A stretch of 64,000 nucleotides of DNA from Prosthecobacter sp. (GTDB lineage Bacteria; Verrucomicrobiota; Verrucomicrobiia; Verrucomicrobiales; Verrucomicrobiaceae): NCBI GenBank assembly GCA_044355075.1, contig JBIKYV010000003.1, positions 7,324 through 71,323 on the forward strand. The letters are read 5' to 3'. The notes beneath the pieces were generated by a model. The model was not told the DNA's origin. It saw only the letters and a list, made by a program, of their open reading frames with translations, and did not search any database. The position numbers and the translations under genes are program-made. Positions 29,301 to 38,714 of the stretch are shown piece after piece (the first letter of the stretch is position 1; the number at the start of each line of letters is the position of its first letter).

Positions 29301-32300
29301 GACGGGACAGGATGAGGCCGAGCGCCGAGTCTATGAGCAGATCGCTCGTGTGCGACCGTGGGATGCGAAGTCCGAACTGCGGCTGGCCCTCAAGTGCTTG
29401 CGCCTAGCGGATGAGGATGCGGCAAGGCGCTACCTGAAGGAAATCCTGCGTCGCACCCAGCCGCAGGCGCTGATGCCATCGGCAGGCCAGAGTCCAGTGC
29501 GTCTGCCGTTGCCACTGGCGGAGCAGAGAAAGTCGGGTGTGCCGGGACCGGTGACGGAGATTTTAGCGGATTTGGACACGGTGCCTGGGCTCACCAGCGC
29601 GGAGGTGTCCACGCTACGCGCCTTTCTCAGCCTGCCACGGCCTGAATTTGCGGAGCTGCCTGCTGAGGTGCCGCAGATCCGCCTGCGCGCCATTGAAGAG
29701 CTGGCTCGGCTGCATGAGCGTGCGGGCACGGTGCAGGCTTGGCAGGCCGAGATTACGAGCCTGAAATCGCCCGTGGATCGTCTCTGGGCTTTGTATTTTG
29801 CGAAGTTAGGGGTGCCTTTCCGCCAGGAGCTAGATGGGTTGATGAGTGGTAAGGGCACAGGTCGCCTGGGCTTAGAGGAGCGTTTTTGCCACACGTGGTT
29901 GACGATTCGCACGGGAGGCATGGAGCAGGCGCTGGCTTGGGCGACGCAGCCCGCCCTGCGGAGCGAGCTGCAGGAGCTGCGCCAGAGGATGCTGCTCGCC
30001 GTGGCGGCGACGCTGGCTGACATGGCAGACTACCGATTCCTTAAAGGGGAACTGGAGCGTTTGGGTACGCTGCGCAGTGTCTCGCTGCTAGATATTCTGC
30101 GGCGCTTGCAGGATCAGCAGCGCTACCCTGAGGCGCTAGAGTTGGGCGAAAGTCTGAGCCGACACAATCCTGCACTGGGCAGTGCTTTTGTTTTCTCGCT
30201 GGCCCGCATCGCGGAGGCGGCGGAGCGTTGGGATCTGGCGCGCGATTATCTGGGGCGCGTGGTGCGTGGCACCGTGCAGCCTGAGGCTTACCGTGGTACT
30301 TACGATCCCTACCTCTTCAGCCTGAGCGCAGCGAACCGACTGGCCACGAGTGCGGAGGAGCGGGAAAAGAATCTGAACTCAGCCTGGCGTCACCTCCAGG
30401 CCACGCCTGCCTCGGCGATGACCAGCCTGCGCAAGGCGGCAGTCGTCGGTCTAGCGGGTGCGCCGGAGAAGGCTGCACAGGAGATGGAAGCGCTGCTGAC
30501 GGGAGATTTTCTGCACGCCCGGCAGATCGGGGAGCCGCGAGGGATGCTGATGCCTCAGGGCTCGCCACGCTGGGAGGAACCCATGCACCTGCGCACGCTT
30601 TGGGAGGAGACGCGCGAGATTCAGGCGCGCTTCACCCACGAAGGTCTGGGTGAGGTGGTGCGCCAGGTGAATGACCGGCTTTCTTCCCGATGGGGCAGCA
30701 TCGCGCTCAGTTCGCGCTCAGGGTTAGAGTTTGGTGAATGGCGTCTGGGACACCTAATCCGCCGGATGCGCACTGTGGACTATCCAACTCGCCTGCGGAT
30801 GCTGCGTGAGCATCTGGCCAGCGTGGATATGCGCCAGGAGGTGTCGGTGGACACATTGAGCGAGCTTGGGGGCCGTTTAGAGGCTGCGGGCATGTCGCGC
30901 GAGGCTATCGAGGTCTATGGCATGTTGCCCAGTCGTGCGCCTGCAAATCCCGAGTATGCGCAGCTGCTGATCCGCGTGGCGGAGGCCTCGCTAGACACGC
31001 GCACGGGGTTGAAGTTCACCCTACAACTGCTGGAGGCTGAGCCGCCCTACAAACCTCCGCAACCGGGGGACGAGGTGCTGCGCGAGAAGCACGCCCATTT
31101 TCTAGCGCTGGAGCATGATCTGACGGAACTGCGGCAGCGCGGCTATTTGCCCGCGCCTACGAAGGTGCTGCAGGGGCGCATCCCGCATGAGGTGCCCTAC
31201 CTGCGTGAGCTGGCACTGCTGTGTGAAAAAAGAGGCTTGGATGAACAAGCGTTGGAGGCATGGACGCGCCTGCACGCAGCCTTTGAGGCTAACCAAGAGC
31301 GTGGCATCCAGCCCGATGCGGAAAGCTGTGTGCATCTGGCCCGCCTATGGGTGAAGCAAAAGCAGGTGCCGCAGGCGCTGGAAGCACTGCGTCGGGTGCC
31401 CCTGCTGGAAAAGACAGGTGAGCAGGGTAGGGAGGCCCTGAAGCTGCGTGCCCAGCTCGCGGCTGAGTCGGCTCTTTGGGATGAATTTCGTCAAATGATG
31501 ACCATGGCGGTGAAGCTCAGGGCGCTGGATGCCATCACCCACATCGCGGATCTGTGCCGTCGCCACGCACGGCAGCAGGACGGGCTGGATTTTCTTACCC
31601 AGGCGGAGCGCACCTTGAAGGAGGACGCGGAGCGTTTCACCCTGCGCTTGGAGTTTTTGCGGCTGCTGGCGGCTGATCCGGCTTGGACGCCCACGGTAGG
31701 TCGTGCGCAGGTGGCGGCGCTGTTTCGTGTGCGGCATCGTGGACGTGAGGTGTTGGCGCGCGTGTTGGAATGGATGACTGCGGAGGCTGCGGGTAGGAAT
31801 CGGGCGGCTTGGCTGCCGATCCTGCGTGCGGAGGCTCACGCGGGCACAGATCGCCCGCTGGCGGCACTTGCGCTCAGTGCCTTTGCCGCTGAGCCCGTGC
31901 CACATTTGGCAGACGACCTCGCGATTGGCTGGCAGGGGCTGAGTGACAGTGATCGTGCCTGTGTCGAACTGGCCGCCGAGCGCTTGCTGAAATTAGGGCG
32001 TGCAGATCTGGCCTGGCAGGCCTGCCAGGTGCTGCAGGAGCTACCCTCCATGCGCCTAGATAGTCGCAAGCAACCGCTGATGCTGCGTGTGGCGCATGCT
32101 CAGGGGGATCGTGTGCGCGTGCAGGAGCTGTTTGCTGAAGTTGTGCGCATGCCGGTGCCAGGTGGCAGCCGGACGGTGGAGTGGGCGCAGGCGCTGCGTG
32201 AGTGCGGTGAGCTGGGCCTGGCTCGTGAGCTTTACCAGACGGCGCTTGAACGCTTGGAAGCCACGGCGGGGTCTCAGCCTGAGATGGTGGCCGCTTGGGC

Positions 32301-32532
32301 GCGATTCCTGATGGGGGAAAAGCACCATGAAGCGGCAGAGGCCTTTTTGCTGCGTGAGATCTGGCAACTCCCAGATCAGGCGGCAGCGCTGCTCTTTGAC
32401 CTCTATCATGCATGGGGCCGATTGGCGCAGATCGACCGCGAGCTGCCCAAGTTTCACCTGACGCAGGGCATTGAAAAAGAGGTGCTCTATCGCGCCTCAG
32501 AAGCACGCGCCAAGGCGGCCACGCTGCCCTGA
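26332..32532 (+). CDS. Giant (~2070 aa) secreted TPR-repeat protein
   Basis: Uninterrupted 6.2 kb ORF with a signal peptide at MKRLGLVLGL and Ala/Leu/Glu/Arg-rich helical repeats throughout. Confidence 0.82.
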   Translation: MKRLGLVLGLFGWMGWCPSLVAQEAARPWSERETRLANEYLSLLVTQPEYGRVVDLVWALYEKHEATALLMQSVAAQVQSQRHPALVLVLGHLQRKAGDLKKAATSYEQALSSVEHEPLALLALADVAQEQGDPTKGFQWMGRLNALLPDTDRRKVDVLLRLGTLALAAQKNEDAVRAWEQAARLRTGDFALTRQVAELILRAGFPERAAAFYTALADQSDPQKRLDALYDLARIHEHADQFEKADAALKKGLTLLDFRDGRYADFFRRRVRLHERFGFLDDLRQQLQKGTGEQALRDLARFHEMTADADARVETMRQLVKVAPDVDDYRWELVRLLLDHEGTAEASKLLDERLKGDVSDLPALVFLRCEADLRAGHQVKAVARLRKLLEMTGKPEVEKLALTFAQQRALDEIIEFILQARVAREPDGAEAVFELAAYYRVRKDMAAADALLRRFTAGASDDVERQRRLNEAASFMAAGSDLDTAIILAREAVAKAGAGREEFLRLADLLAEHAEPEEALDWLERAWKVSENEEDSVDVDERIFSLLLGEKKKEQAKPRGTGGDFQLPDVFTGKGFGTTDTSAAVEPEVQVSELLLERARQLFSKALPSGSDQAVATSRVARLELFRAAWWSVRTGLHDEAYAVFRQLEQAAPGQSLPLEAEKLLLELTLEDKNTGLALRVLRRLIAKDASNPIRYTLRLAELLLEDEQAASAAINVGLSHERTGWRLANEPPPPGRAATMLLERAYRQAPDSEQLLNALTQCYTLQQRPDHALKLWQQAIERATGSTAIMLLQRYAEMLLQRGKLPEHVAAQLRIVEMETEVKRRRETFKRFLDRLLWAGESGGELPEEVLRDRLKLIRDSLLALVKKHPFDGFYHEALAGVHERSGDAAQAFQSMKLAYYTAPDTPFSLDQLREAALKAGDLKAAIYFQKQIAASAAPAQAAAESRRLVEMLEQTFQIAEADRVRRRLESRFSQDAPALEALAEHYRTTGQDEAERRVYEQIARVRPWDAKSELRLALKCLRLADEDAARRYLKEILRRTQPQALMPSAGQSPVRLPLPLAEQRKSGVPGPVTEILADLDTVPGLTSAEVSTLRAFLSLPRPEFAELPAEVPQIRLRAIEELARLHERAGTVQAWQAEITSLKSPVDRLWALYFAKLGVPFRQELDGLMSGKGTGRLGLEERFCHTWLTIRTGGMEQALAWATQPALRSELQELRQRMLLAVAATLADMADYRFLKGELERLGTLRSVSLLDILRRLQDQQRYPEALELGESLSRHNPALGSAFVFSLARIAEAAERWDLARDYLGRVVRGTVQPEAYRGTYDPYLFSLSAANRLATSAEEREKNLNSAWRHLQATPASAMTSLRKAAVVGLAGAPEKAAQEMEALLTGDFLHARQIGEPRGMLMPQGSPRWEEPMHLRTLWEETREIQARFTHEGLGEVVRQVNDRLSSRWGSIALSSRSGLEFGEWRLGHLIRRMRTVDYPTRLRMLREHLASVDMRQEVSVDTLSELGGRLEAAGMSREAIEVYGMLPSRAPANPEYAQLLIRVAEASLDTRTGLKFTLQLLEAEPPYKPPQPGDEVLREKHAHFLALEHDLTELRQRGYLPAPTKVLQGRIPHEVPYLRELALLCEKRGLDEQALEAWTRLHAAFEANQERGIQPDAESCVHLARLWVKQKQVPQALEALRRVPLLEKTGEQGREALKLRAQLAAESALWDEFRQMMTMAVKLRALDAITHIADLCRRHARQQDGLDFLTQAERTLKEDAERFTLRLEFLRLLAADPAWTPTVGRAQVAALFRVRHRGREVLARVLEWMTAEAAGRNRAAWLPILRAEAHAGTDRPLAALALSAFAAEPVPHLADDLAIGWQGLSDSDRACVELAAERLLKLGRADLAWQACQVLQELPSMRLDSRKQPLMLRVAHAQGDRVRVQELFAEVVRMPVPGGSRTVEWAQALRECGELGLARELYQTALERLEATAGSQPEMVAAWARFLMGEKHHEAAEAFLLREIWQLPDQAAALLFDLYHAWGRLAQIDRELPKFHLTQGIEKEVLYRASEARAKAATLP

Positions 32533-32535
32533 GCC

Positions 32536-32868
32536 TCAGCTCTGGGAATCACGAGACTTGGGGGTGAAGTCGAAGGAGCGCACTCGCTCTGTCCGCAGCG
32601 GGGTGCGTCCGCCTTTTTTCTGCCTGAAGCCATCAAAGGCCATGTCGGACCCGTCCACCTTCATCTGGTGAACCATTTTCAGCAGGGTGCCGAGTCGGCC
32701 TTTGGGAAAACCAGCTTTGTTTGCAAACCAAGCCAAGTATTCCACCGGTAGATCGTAGATCGGCACGCCATGAGGTGGATGGAATTGAGGGCCAAATTTG
32801 CCAAAAGGCATGTGTGTGCGGCCGACCTCGGCGAGATCGCGCTGCATCTGGGCGGCAAGGTCGTCCAT
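32536..32868 (-). CDS. DUF3820 family protein
   Basis: MPFGKF...IYDLPVEYLAWF...GFPKGRLGTLL...KVDG. Confidence 0.82.
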   Translation of the reverse strand: MDDLAAQMQRDLAEVGRTHMPFGKFGPQFHPPHGVPIYDLPVEYLAWFANKAGFPKGRLGTLLKMVHQMKVDGSDMAFDGFRQKKGGRTPLRTERVRSFDFTPKSRDSQS

Positions 32869-32880
32869 CCTGCGCGTGGA

Positions 32881-34176
32881 TCAGGGGACGGGGGTGGACT
32901 TGCTGCCGATGCACCAGAGCGATTTCTCCGTGCGGACGTAGAGGCGGCCTTCACCAATGGCAGGGCTGGCATTGATCGGGGCGTCCAGCTTTGTTGCGCT
33001 GAGTTGCTCAAACTTAGGTCCTGCCTTCAGGACAATGAGGTCGCCCTGCTGGCTGCCGGCGAAGACCTTGCCGTCTCCCGCCACCGGACTGCTGAAGAAT
33101 TTGCTGCTGCCTGCGCTGCCATTGACACGCTCTTCGTAAAGCATCTTGCTGGATTTAAAGTCTGCGACTTTCAGAATGCCGCCATCACCCAGCAGGTAGA
33201 GAAGGCCATCCATGACGAGTGGAGAGGGGACATAAGGTAGGCCCTTGCTGAACTCGAAGGGCGCTGGCTTCGGCTCTGATCCACTGAGGTCAATGGCGGC
33301 GAATTCTTTTACCCCACCGCCAGTGCCAAAGGTGCAAAAGTAGCGCTCACCATCGAGCACGCCAGAGCCTAGGCTGCGCTGGCTAAAGCCGGGATTGTAC
33401 TGCCAGTTCTTTTTTCCCGTGCTGGGGTCGATGCCCATGACGCCGCTGGCGTTGTTCGTGCAGATGACTTCCTTTTTGCCATCGGCCCGTGAATGCAATA
33501 CGGGGGTTGAGAAGGTGTTTAGGCAGTTTGGCAGTTCCGTTTTCCAGAGCTGTTTGCCAGTCTTGGCGTCCAAGCCGACAATGCAGGCTTTCCACGCCTG
33601 CTGCACGGGATCTTCGGTGTAAACTTTACCATCGCGCTGCCAATCAAACTCACTGCGCACGATCATGATGCCATCGACCACAATCGGGGAAATGCCGGTG
33701 CCGTGCTCGTGGATGTAGTCGGCCACATGATCATTGCGCCACACCAGCTTGCCCGCATGATCGAGGGCCAGAGCCTGGATGGTCGTGCCGGTGCACCAGT
33801 TGATGTAAATGCGCTCGTCATCCACAAAGGGTGAGCTGCTCGTGAAGCTGTTGAAGTTGTGTTTCTTATGCTCGGTAAAGCTCTCCTCGTGCCGCCAGAT
33901 TTCTGATCCATCTTTGGCTGAGAGTAGGATGACGGCGCGCTTGCCGGGTCCTGTTTCGGCGGTCACCACCACTTTGTCTTGCCACAGGACCGGAGAGGAC
34001 CAGCCTTTTCCCAACTCTACCTGCCAGACTGTGGTTTCAGGCGTTACCTTCTCCGGCAGTCCCGTTGTTCTAGCGACTCCACTGCCATTGGGTCCGCGGA
34101 AGCGATTCCAGTCAGTCGCGGCCTGCGTGGCGAAACAGGAGAAGAGGAGGAGGACGGCAAGGAGGCGAATTTTCAT
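32881..34176 (-). CDS. PQQ-binding-like beta-propeller protein (BamB-like, PVC type)
   Basis: Signal peptide, DWNRFRGPNGSG, GWSSPV, SSPFVD, YVPSPLV, FFSSPV and ASPAIGEGRLYVRT. Confidence 0.88.
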   Translation of the reverse strand: MKIRLLAVLLLFSCFATQAATDWNRFRGPNGSGVARTTGLPEKVTPETTVWQVELGKGWSSPVLWQDKVVVTAETGPGKRAVILLSAKDGSEIWRHEESFTEHKKHNFNSFTSSSPFVDDERIYINWCTGTTIQALALDHAGKLVWRNDHVADYIHEHGTGISPIVVDGIMIVRSEFDWQRDGKVYTEDPVQQAWKACIVGLDAKTGKQLWKTELPNCLNTFSTPVLHSRADGKKEVICTNNASGVMGIDPSTGKKNWQYNPGFSQRSLGSGVLDGERYFCTFGTGGGVKEFAAIDLSGSEPKPAPFEFSKGLPYVPSPLVMDGLLYLLGDGGILKVADFKSSKMLYEERVNGSAGSSKFFSSPVAGDGKVFAGSQQGDLIVLKAGPKFEQLSATKLDAPINASPAIGEGRLYVRTEKSLWCIGSKSTPVP

Positions 34177-34343
34177 GAAGTGACAGAATGACAGTCGGCT
34201 CAATCGTAGGCGAGCAGATCTTTCTTGCGTTTCATTTCCGTGTTGGGAGGTGTCCTTGTGGGAAGTTGGCATTCTTTTCAGCTCAAACTTGCCAAAGTAT
34301 GCGTTCACGCGAAGTCTGGGGGGCTAAGATCCGTAAACTCATC

Positions 34344-35300
34344 ATGGCACGTCCTTCCTCCGCCAGCCTTGTCGTCGTCGGGTCCCTCAATGTGGATTTC
34401 ATCGCCAGCGTGAGCCTTTTGCCCAAGCCTGGGGATACGGTGGTGGCGAACCAACTGAGCAAGCGCTTTGGCGGCAAAGGCGGCAATCAAGCTCTCTCTG
34501 CGGCGCGTCATGGAGCTCAGGTGATGATGCTAGGCTGCCTGGGTGATGACCCCGATGGTCGCGACTACCGCAATCATCTCCGCCGGGAGGGGGTAAACTG
34601 CAGTGCCCTCAATACCACGCGCTCAGTCACTGGCTGCGCGCACATCACGGTGGATGCAAAAGGGGAAAATCAGATCGTCGTCATCCCTGGTGCCAATGGC
34701 ACGCTGACAGGGCCTTCGATCAAAATGCAGCGCGCGCGCATTGCCGTTGCTGGGGCGCTGCTGGTGCAGTTGGAAATCCCCATGGAGTCGGCGGTGGAGG
34801 CCATCAAAATCGCCAATGAATCGAAAGTGTCGGTCATTTTGAATGCCTCTCCGGTGACCCCGAACTTCCCCTGGAACGAGGTGCGACTCGATGCAGTGAT
34901 CGTGAATGAAAATGAAGCGCGTGAGATTTTTGGTCTGACTCCTGGAGCCGCCGCGCAGCATCATGAGTCCTGGAAAGAGCGACTCACCACAAAGCGAATC
35001 CGCCATCTAGTCATCACCCGTGGTGCCAACCCAACGCTGCTCATCAGCAAAAGCGGTGTGACGGAGGTGCCTGCGCATCCTGTGGAGCCGGTGGATACCG
35101 TCGGGGCTGGCGATACCTTCGCGGGTGTCTTTGCCACCCAAATGGCCGAAGGTGCGGAATTGCCGGAAGTCATCCGTTGGGCGAATGCAGCCGCCGCACT
35201 TTCCACACTGAAGCACGGAGCCCAGGAGGGCATTCCTTACCGTGGGGACGTCCAGAGCGCTCTGCTGGAGACGAAATCGTCGAGTCGAGCTCGGGCCTAA
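34344..35300 (+). CDS. rbsK: Ribokinase
   Basis: VVVGSLNVD, FGGKGGNQA, GENQIVVIPGAN, LVQLEIP, VNENEA and VDTVGAGDTF. Confidence 0.9.
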   Translation: MARPSSASLVVVGSLNVDFIASVSLLPKPGDTVVANQLSKRFGGKGGNQALSAARHGAQVMMLGCLGDDPDGRDYRNHLRREGVNCSALNTTRSVTGCAHITVDAKGENQIVVIPGANGTLTGPSIKMQRARIAVAGALLVQLEIPMESAVEAIKIANESKVSVILNASPVTPNFPWNEVRLDAVIVNENEAREIFGLTPGAAAQHHESWKERLTTKRIRHLVITRGANPTLLISKSGVTEVPAHPVEPVDTVGAGDTFAGVFATQMAEGAELPEVIRWANAAAALSTLKHGAQEGIPYRGDVQSALLETKSSSRARA

Positions 35301-35372
35301 GATCATCGCAGGGAAAGGGGTTGCCTCCTGAGAAGCGACATGCTAGCAAGCGCGCCCCTGAACCCAATCGTT

Positions 35373-35867
35373 ATGAACGCCCAGCAACTTTTTGAAGCCG
35401 TCGGACCTGAACTGCGTGCCCTGATTCTGGGCTATCTCCAAACCGACGAGCGGCCTGCCTACCGCGCCATGATCCAGTCACTGGCAGCAGCACGCAAGCT
35501 GCGTCCCCAGTTCATCTTGGACAAATCTCGCGCTCAGCAGCAGGAGTGGGTTCATGCTCAGTTGAAGCTGAAGGGCAATGGCCCGGTGCTTGAGCAGTTG
35601 ATCCAGATCTGGCTTCTGAAGTCACAGAGCGCTATGCTCATCACCTTCCTTGATGCTTTGGGCATTGAGCACGATGACAAAGGTCAGGTGGAGGATCTGC
35701 CTGCCGATATTTCTGAAGATAAAGCCACTGCTGGCATCCAGGCTCTGCTGGCCGCTTATCCTGCCCAGCACGCCGCGCTCTACCTACATATGTTCCAGTT
35801 GCAGCGTCCCGGAGGCTGGGAAGGTCTCGCGAAGGCCATAGAAGCAACAGAAGCTTTAAAGCTCTAA
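35373..35867 (+). CDS. Conserved hypothetical helical protein
   Basis: Coding-like composition and MLITFLDALGIEHDDKGQVEDLP motif. No function recognised. Confidence 0.7.
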   Translation: MNAQQLFEAVGPELRALILGYLQTDERPAYRAMIQSLAAARKLRPQFILDKSRAQQQEWVHAQLKLKGNGPVLEQLIQIWLLKSQSAMLITFLDALGIEHDDKGQVEDLPADISEDKATAGIQALLAAYPAQHAALYLHMFQLQRPGGWEGLAKAIEATEALKL

Positions 35868-36128
35868 CTTGAGGAAAATGGCACGCAGAATGGCTCGCTG
35901 GGGCGCTTTCGAGATCGCCATTTGACTGTAGTGCAGCTCAGTTTCTGTCACGATGAGGGATGTTCATCAGGCTGGCTCTATGCCAATGAGACTGAGCAGG
36001 GTTAAAAAGACACACTTCACGAGTAAGCCCCGAGGTCCATCCAGATCGGATGGCTCCACTCTGAGCACATCTGTTGCCCAAGAAGAGACTTTCGAAGATG
36101 GGGTTAAGCCACTTTTCCTGCACAAAGA

Positions 36129-36156
36129 TTGACACTGCAAAATCTTCACGCGTAAT
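36129..36156 (+). promoter_or_regulatory. Candidate sigma70 promoter for kamA-proA
   Basis: TTGACA (36129-36134), 16 bp spacer, CGTAAT (36151-36156), 26 bp before ATG 36183. Confidence 0.45.
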
Positions 36157-36182
36157 CCGTCATCTCCCTGTTAGACCCATCC

Positions 36183-37346
36183 ATGCGCACGACGCCCTCT
36201 CTGCTACCCGAGAAAGCTTTTGTCTCTTATGCTCCAGGTTTTTGGAAGGATAAAGGTGTGTCTGCTGAGGATTGGAATCAAGCCGCCTGGCAGATGCGCA
36301 ATCGCATCACTACATTGGCGCAGCTGGAAGAACACCTCGTCCTGACTGAAGAAGAGCGTGCGGGCGTATTGCTCAGTGGCAAGAAGCTAGCCATGGCGAT
36401 TACGCCACATTACTTTAATCTCATCGATCCCGAAGATCCTGATTGTCCGATTCGCCGCCAAGTCATCCCTAGAATTGAGGAAACCTGGGACGACCCTGAT
36501 GAAATGGCCGATCCTTGCGGGGAAGACAGCCACATGCCAGTGCCTGGCTTGGTGCATCGCTACCCAGACCGTGTGCTATTCCTCGTTACGGATCGCTGCG
36601 CCAGCTACTGCCGCTACTGCACGCGCAGCCGCGTCGTCAGTGGGGCGGGAGATCAGGAGCTGCACACCGATTACGAGGCTGCGTTTCGCTATCTGGAACG
36701 GCACGATGAGGTTCGAGACGTGTTGCTCAGCGGCGGTGATCCACTGCTGTTCAGTGATGCGAAGCTCGAAGGTATCCTGAAGCGTCTGCGCTCCATCCCG
36801 CACATTGAATTCATCCGCATCGGCAGCCGTGTGCCGATCTTTTTGCCGCAGCGTATCACCCCAGAGCTCTGCCAGATGCTGGCCAAGTATCATCCCTTGT
36901 GGATGAGCGTTCATACGAATCATCCGCGTGAATTGACCGCAGAGGTGCGCGCGGGGCTGGAGCGCCTCGCCAACCATGGCATCCCTCTGGGAAATCAGAG
37001 TGTGCTGCTGCGCGGAGTCAATGACGATGCCGAAGTGATGAAAAGCCTCGTGCAAAAGCTGTTGATGTGCCGTGTGCGGCCCTACTACCTCTATCAGTGC
37101 GATTTGATCCAAGGCTCAAGCCACCTGCGCACCAGCGTGGCCACAGGGGTGGAGATTATTGAGCAACTGCGCGGACACACCACGGGCTACGGTGTGCCGC
37201 AGTTCGTCATCGATGCACCAGGCGGTGGTGGCAAGGTGCCCGTGAACCCTGACTACGTCTTGTTGCGTGATGAACAACGCACGTTGATCCGCAACTTCGA
37301 AGGGCGTAGCTTTGAATATCCGGAGCCTGCCCTAGTCAGCGCCTGA
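36183..37346 (+). CDS. kamA: KamA family radical SAM enzyme, probable lysine 2,3-aminomutase
   Basis: GLVHRYPDRVL, CASYCRYC (CxxxCxxC), LSGGDPL, NQSVLLRGVND, YYLYQCD and VIDAPGGGGKVP with the PLP Lys. Confidence 0.88.
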   Translation: MRTTPSLLPEKAFVSYAPGFWKDKGVSAEDWNQAAWQMRNRITTLAQLEEHLVLTEEERAGVLLSGKKLAMAITPHYFNLIDPEDPDCPIRRQVIPRIEETWDDPDEMADPCGEDSHMPVPGLVHRYPDRVLFLVTDRCASYCRYCTRSRVVSGAGDQELHTDYEAAFRYLERHDEVRDVLLSGGDPLLFSDAKLEGILKRLRSIPHIEFIRIGSRVPIFLPQRITPELCQMLAKYHPLWMSVHTNHPRELTAEVRAGLERLANHGIPLGNQSVLLRGVNDDAEVMKSLVQKLLMCRVRPYYLYQCDLIQGSSHLRTSVATGVEIIEQLRGHTTGYGVPQFVIDAPGGGGKVPVNPDYVLLRDEQRTLIRNFEGRSFEYPEPALVSA

Positions 37347-37443
37347 ACAGGCTTCCGTCTTATCGTTCCGTCATCGGCCTCACCCAGGCTGTTTTCCATT
37401 TGCGCTCCACCAGCCTGGACGGCATGTCCTGATTCAACTTTCC

Positions 37444-38709
37444 ATGAACGACGCTGAAATTCAGTCTGCTATCCTCGAAATGGGCCGCAAGGCCCGCGCT
37501 GCCTCGCATGAACTGGTCAAGCTGGGAACTGAACAGAAAAACGCCATCCTTTTGGCGATGGCCGATGAGATCGATGCCCGCGCCGCCAGCATTCTCGCGG
37601 CGAATGCAGAAGACTTGTCCGGTGCGCGTGAGCGTGGACTTTCCAGTGCGATGATTGACCGCCTGACGCTGGATACGAAGGGCCTTGCCGCTATTTCTGC
37701 GGCGGTGCGTGAGGTCGCTGCCCTGCCTGATCCAGTGGGTGAGGAGCTCGCCGCATGGACACGACCCAACGGCCTGCACATGATCAAAAAGCGTGTCCCC
37801 ATCGGGGTCATTGGCATCATCTTCGAATCGCGGCCCAACGTCACCACGGACGCAGCTAGCCTTTGCTTCAAGACCGGTAATGCCACGCTTCTGCGCGGAG
37901 GGAGCGAGGCGATTCACTCCAATGTCGCCCTGGCCTCAGCGCTGCAAGCCGGCGGTGAGCGCGCAGGTCTGCCCGCGAATAGTATTCAGCTCATTCCCTT
38001 CACGGATCGCTCCAGCGTCGATCATATGGCGCGTATGGATCAATACATGGATTTGATCATCCCCCGTGGTGGCAAGGGACTAATCGAAAAGGTAGTGTCC
38101 ACGGCACGCATGCCGGTCATCAAGCACTATGATGGTGTCTGTCACATTTACGTGGCCCCTTCTGCGGATCAGGCTATGGCCATCCAGGTCATTTTGAATT
38201 CCAAAACCCAGAAGCCAGGGGTCTGTAATGCGCTGGAGACCTTGCTGGTGCATGAGCAGATCGCGGCGGAGTTTTATCCGAAGCTCGCTGAAGCTCTGCG
38301 TGCAGCCAGCGTGGAAATGCGAGCGGATGAAACCGCGTTGCGGCTGCTAGGGGCAGGTGCACTTGCCGCCACAGAAGAAGATTGGCACACGGAATACCTG
38401 GAGAGGATTCTTTCCATCAAGACCGTGGCTTCGCTGCAAGAAGCCATTCGGCACATCAATCACTACGGCTCGCATCACACCGACAGCATCCTGACTCAAG
38501 ATGAGACGGAAGCTGCATGCTTTATGCATGAGGTGGATAGCGCCGTCGTGCTGCACAATGCGAGCACGCGCTTCAATGATGGTGGTGAGTTTGGTTTTGG
38601 TGCTGAGATCGGTATCAGTACGGACAAGCTTCATGCCCGTGGTCCGATGGGACTCGCTGAGCTTTGTAGTTACAAATACCTCGTCCATGGGCAGGGCCAG
38701 GTACGCTGA
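37444..38709 (+). CDS. proA: Gamma-glutamyl phosphate reductase
   Basis: VPIGVIGIIFESRPNVT, LRGGSEA, IPRGGKGLI, CNALETLLVH, NASTRFNDG and GPMGL. Confidence 0.96.
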   Translation: MNDAEIQSAILEMGRKARAASHELVKLGTEQKNAILLAMADEIDARAASILAANAEDLSGARERGLSSAMIDRLTLDTKGLAAISAAVREVAALPDPVGEELAAWTRPNGLHMIKKRVPIGVIGIIFESRPNVTTDAASLCFKTGNATLLRGGSEAIHSNVALASALQAGGERAGLPANSIQLIPFTDRSSVDHMARMDQYMDLIIPRGGKGLIEKVVSTARMPVIKHYDGVCHIYVAPSADQAMAIQVILNSKTQKPGVCNALETLLVHEQIAAEFYPKLAEALRAASVEMRADETALRLLGAGALAATEEDWHTEYLERILSIKTVASLQEAIRHINHYGSHHTDSILTQDETEAACFMHEVDSAVVLHNASTRFNDGGEFGFGAEIGISTDKLHARGPMGLAELCSYKYLVHGQGQVR

Positions 38710-38714
38710 TCTTT

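Noticed and set aside
35879-35894. TGGCACG-caga-ATGG, a sigma54-like -24 element
   Set aside because: The invariant -12 GC is missing (GG instead of GC), and it is ~300 bp from the next start.
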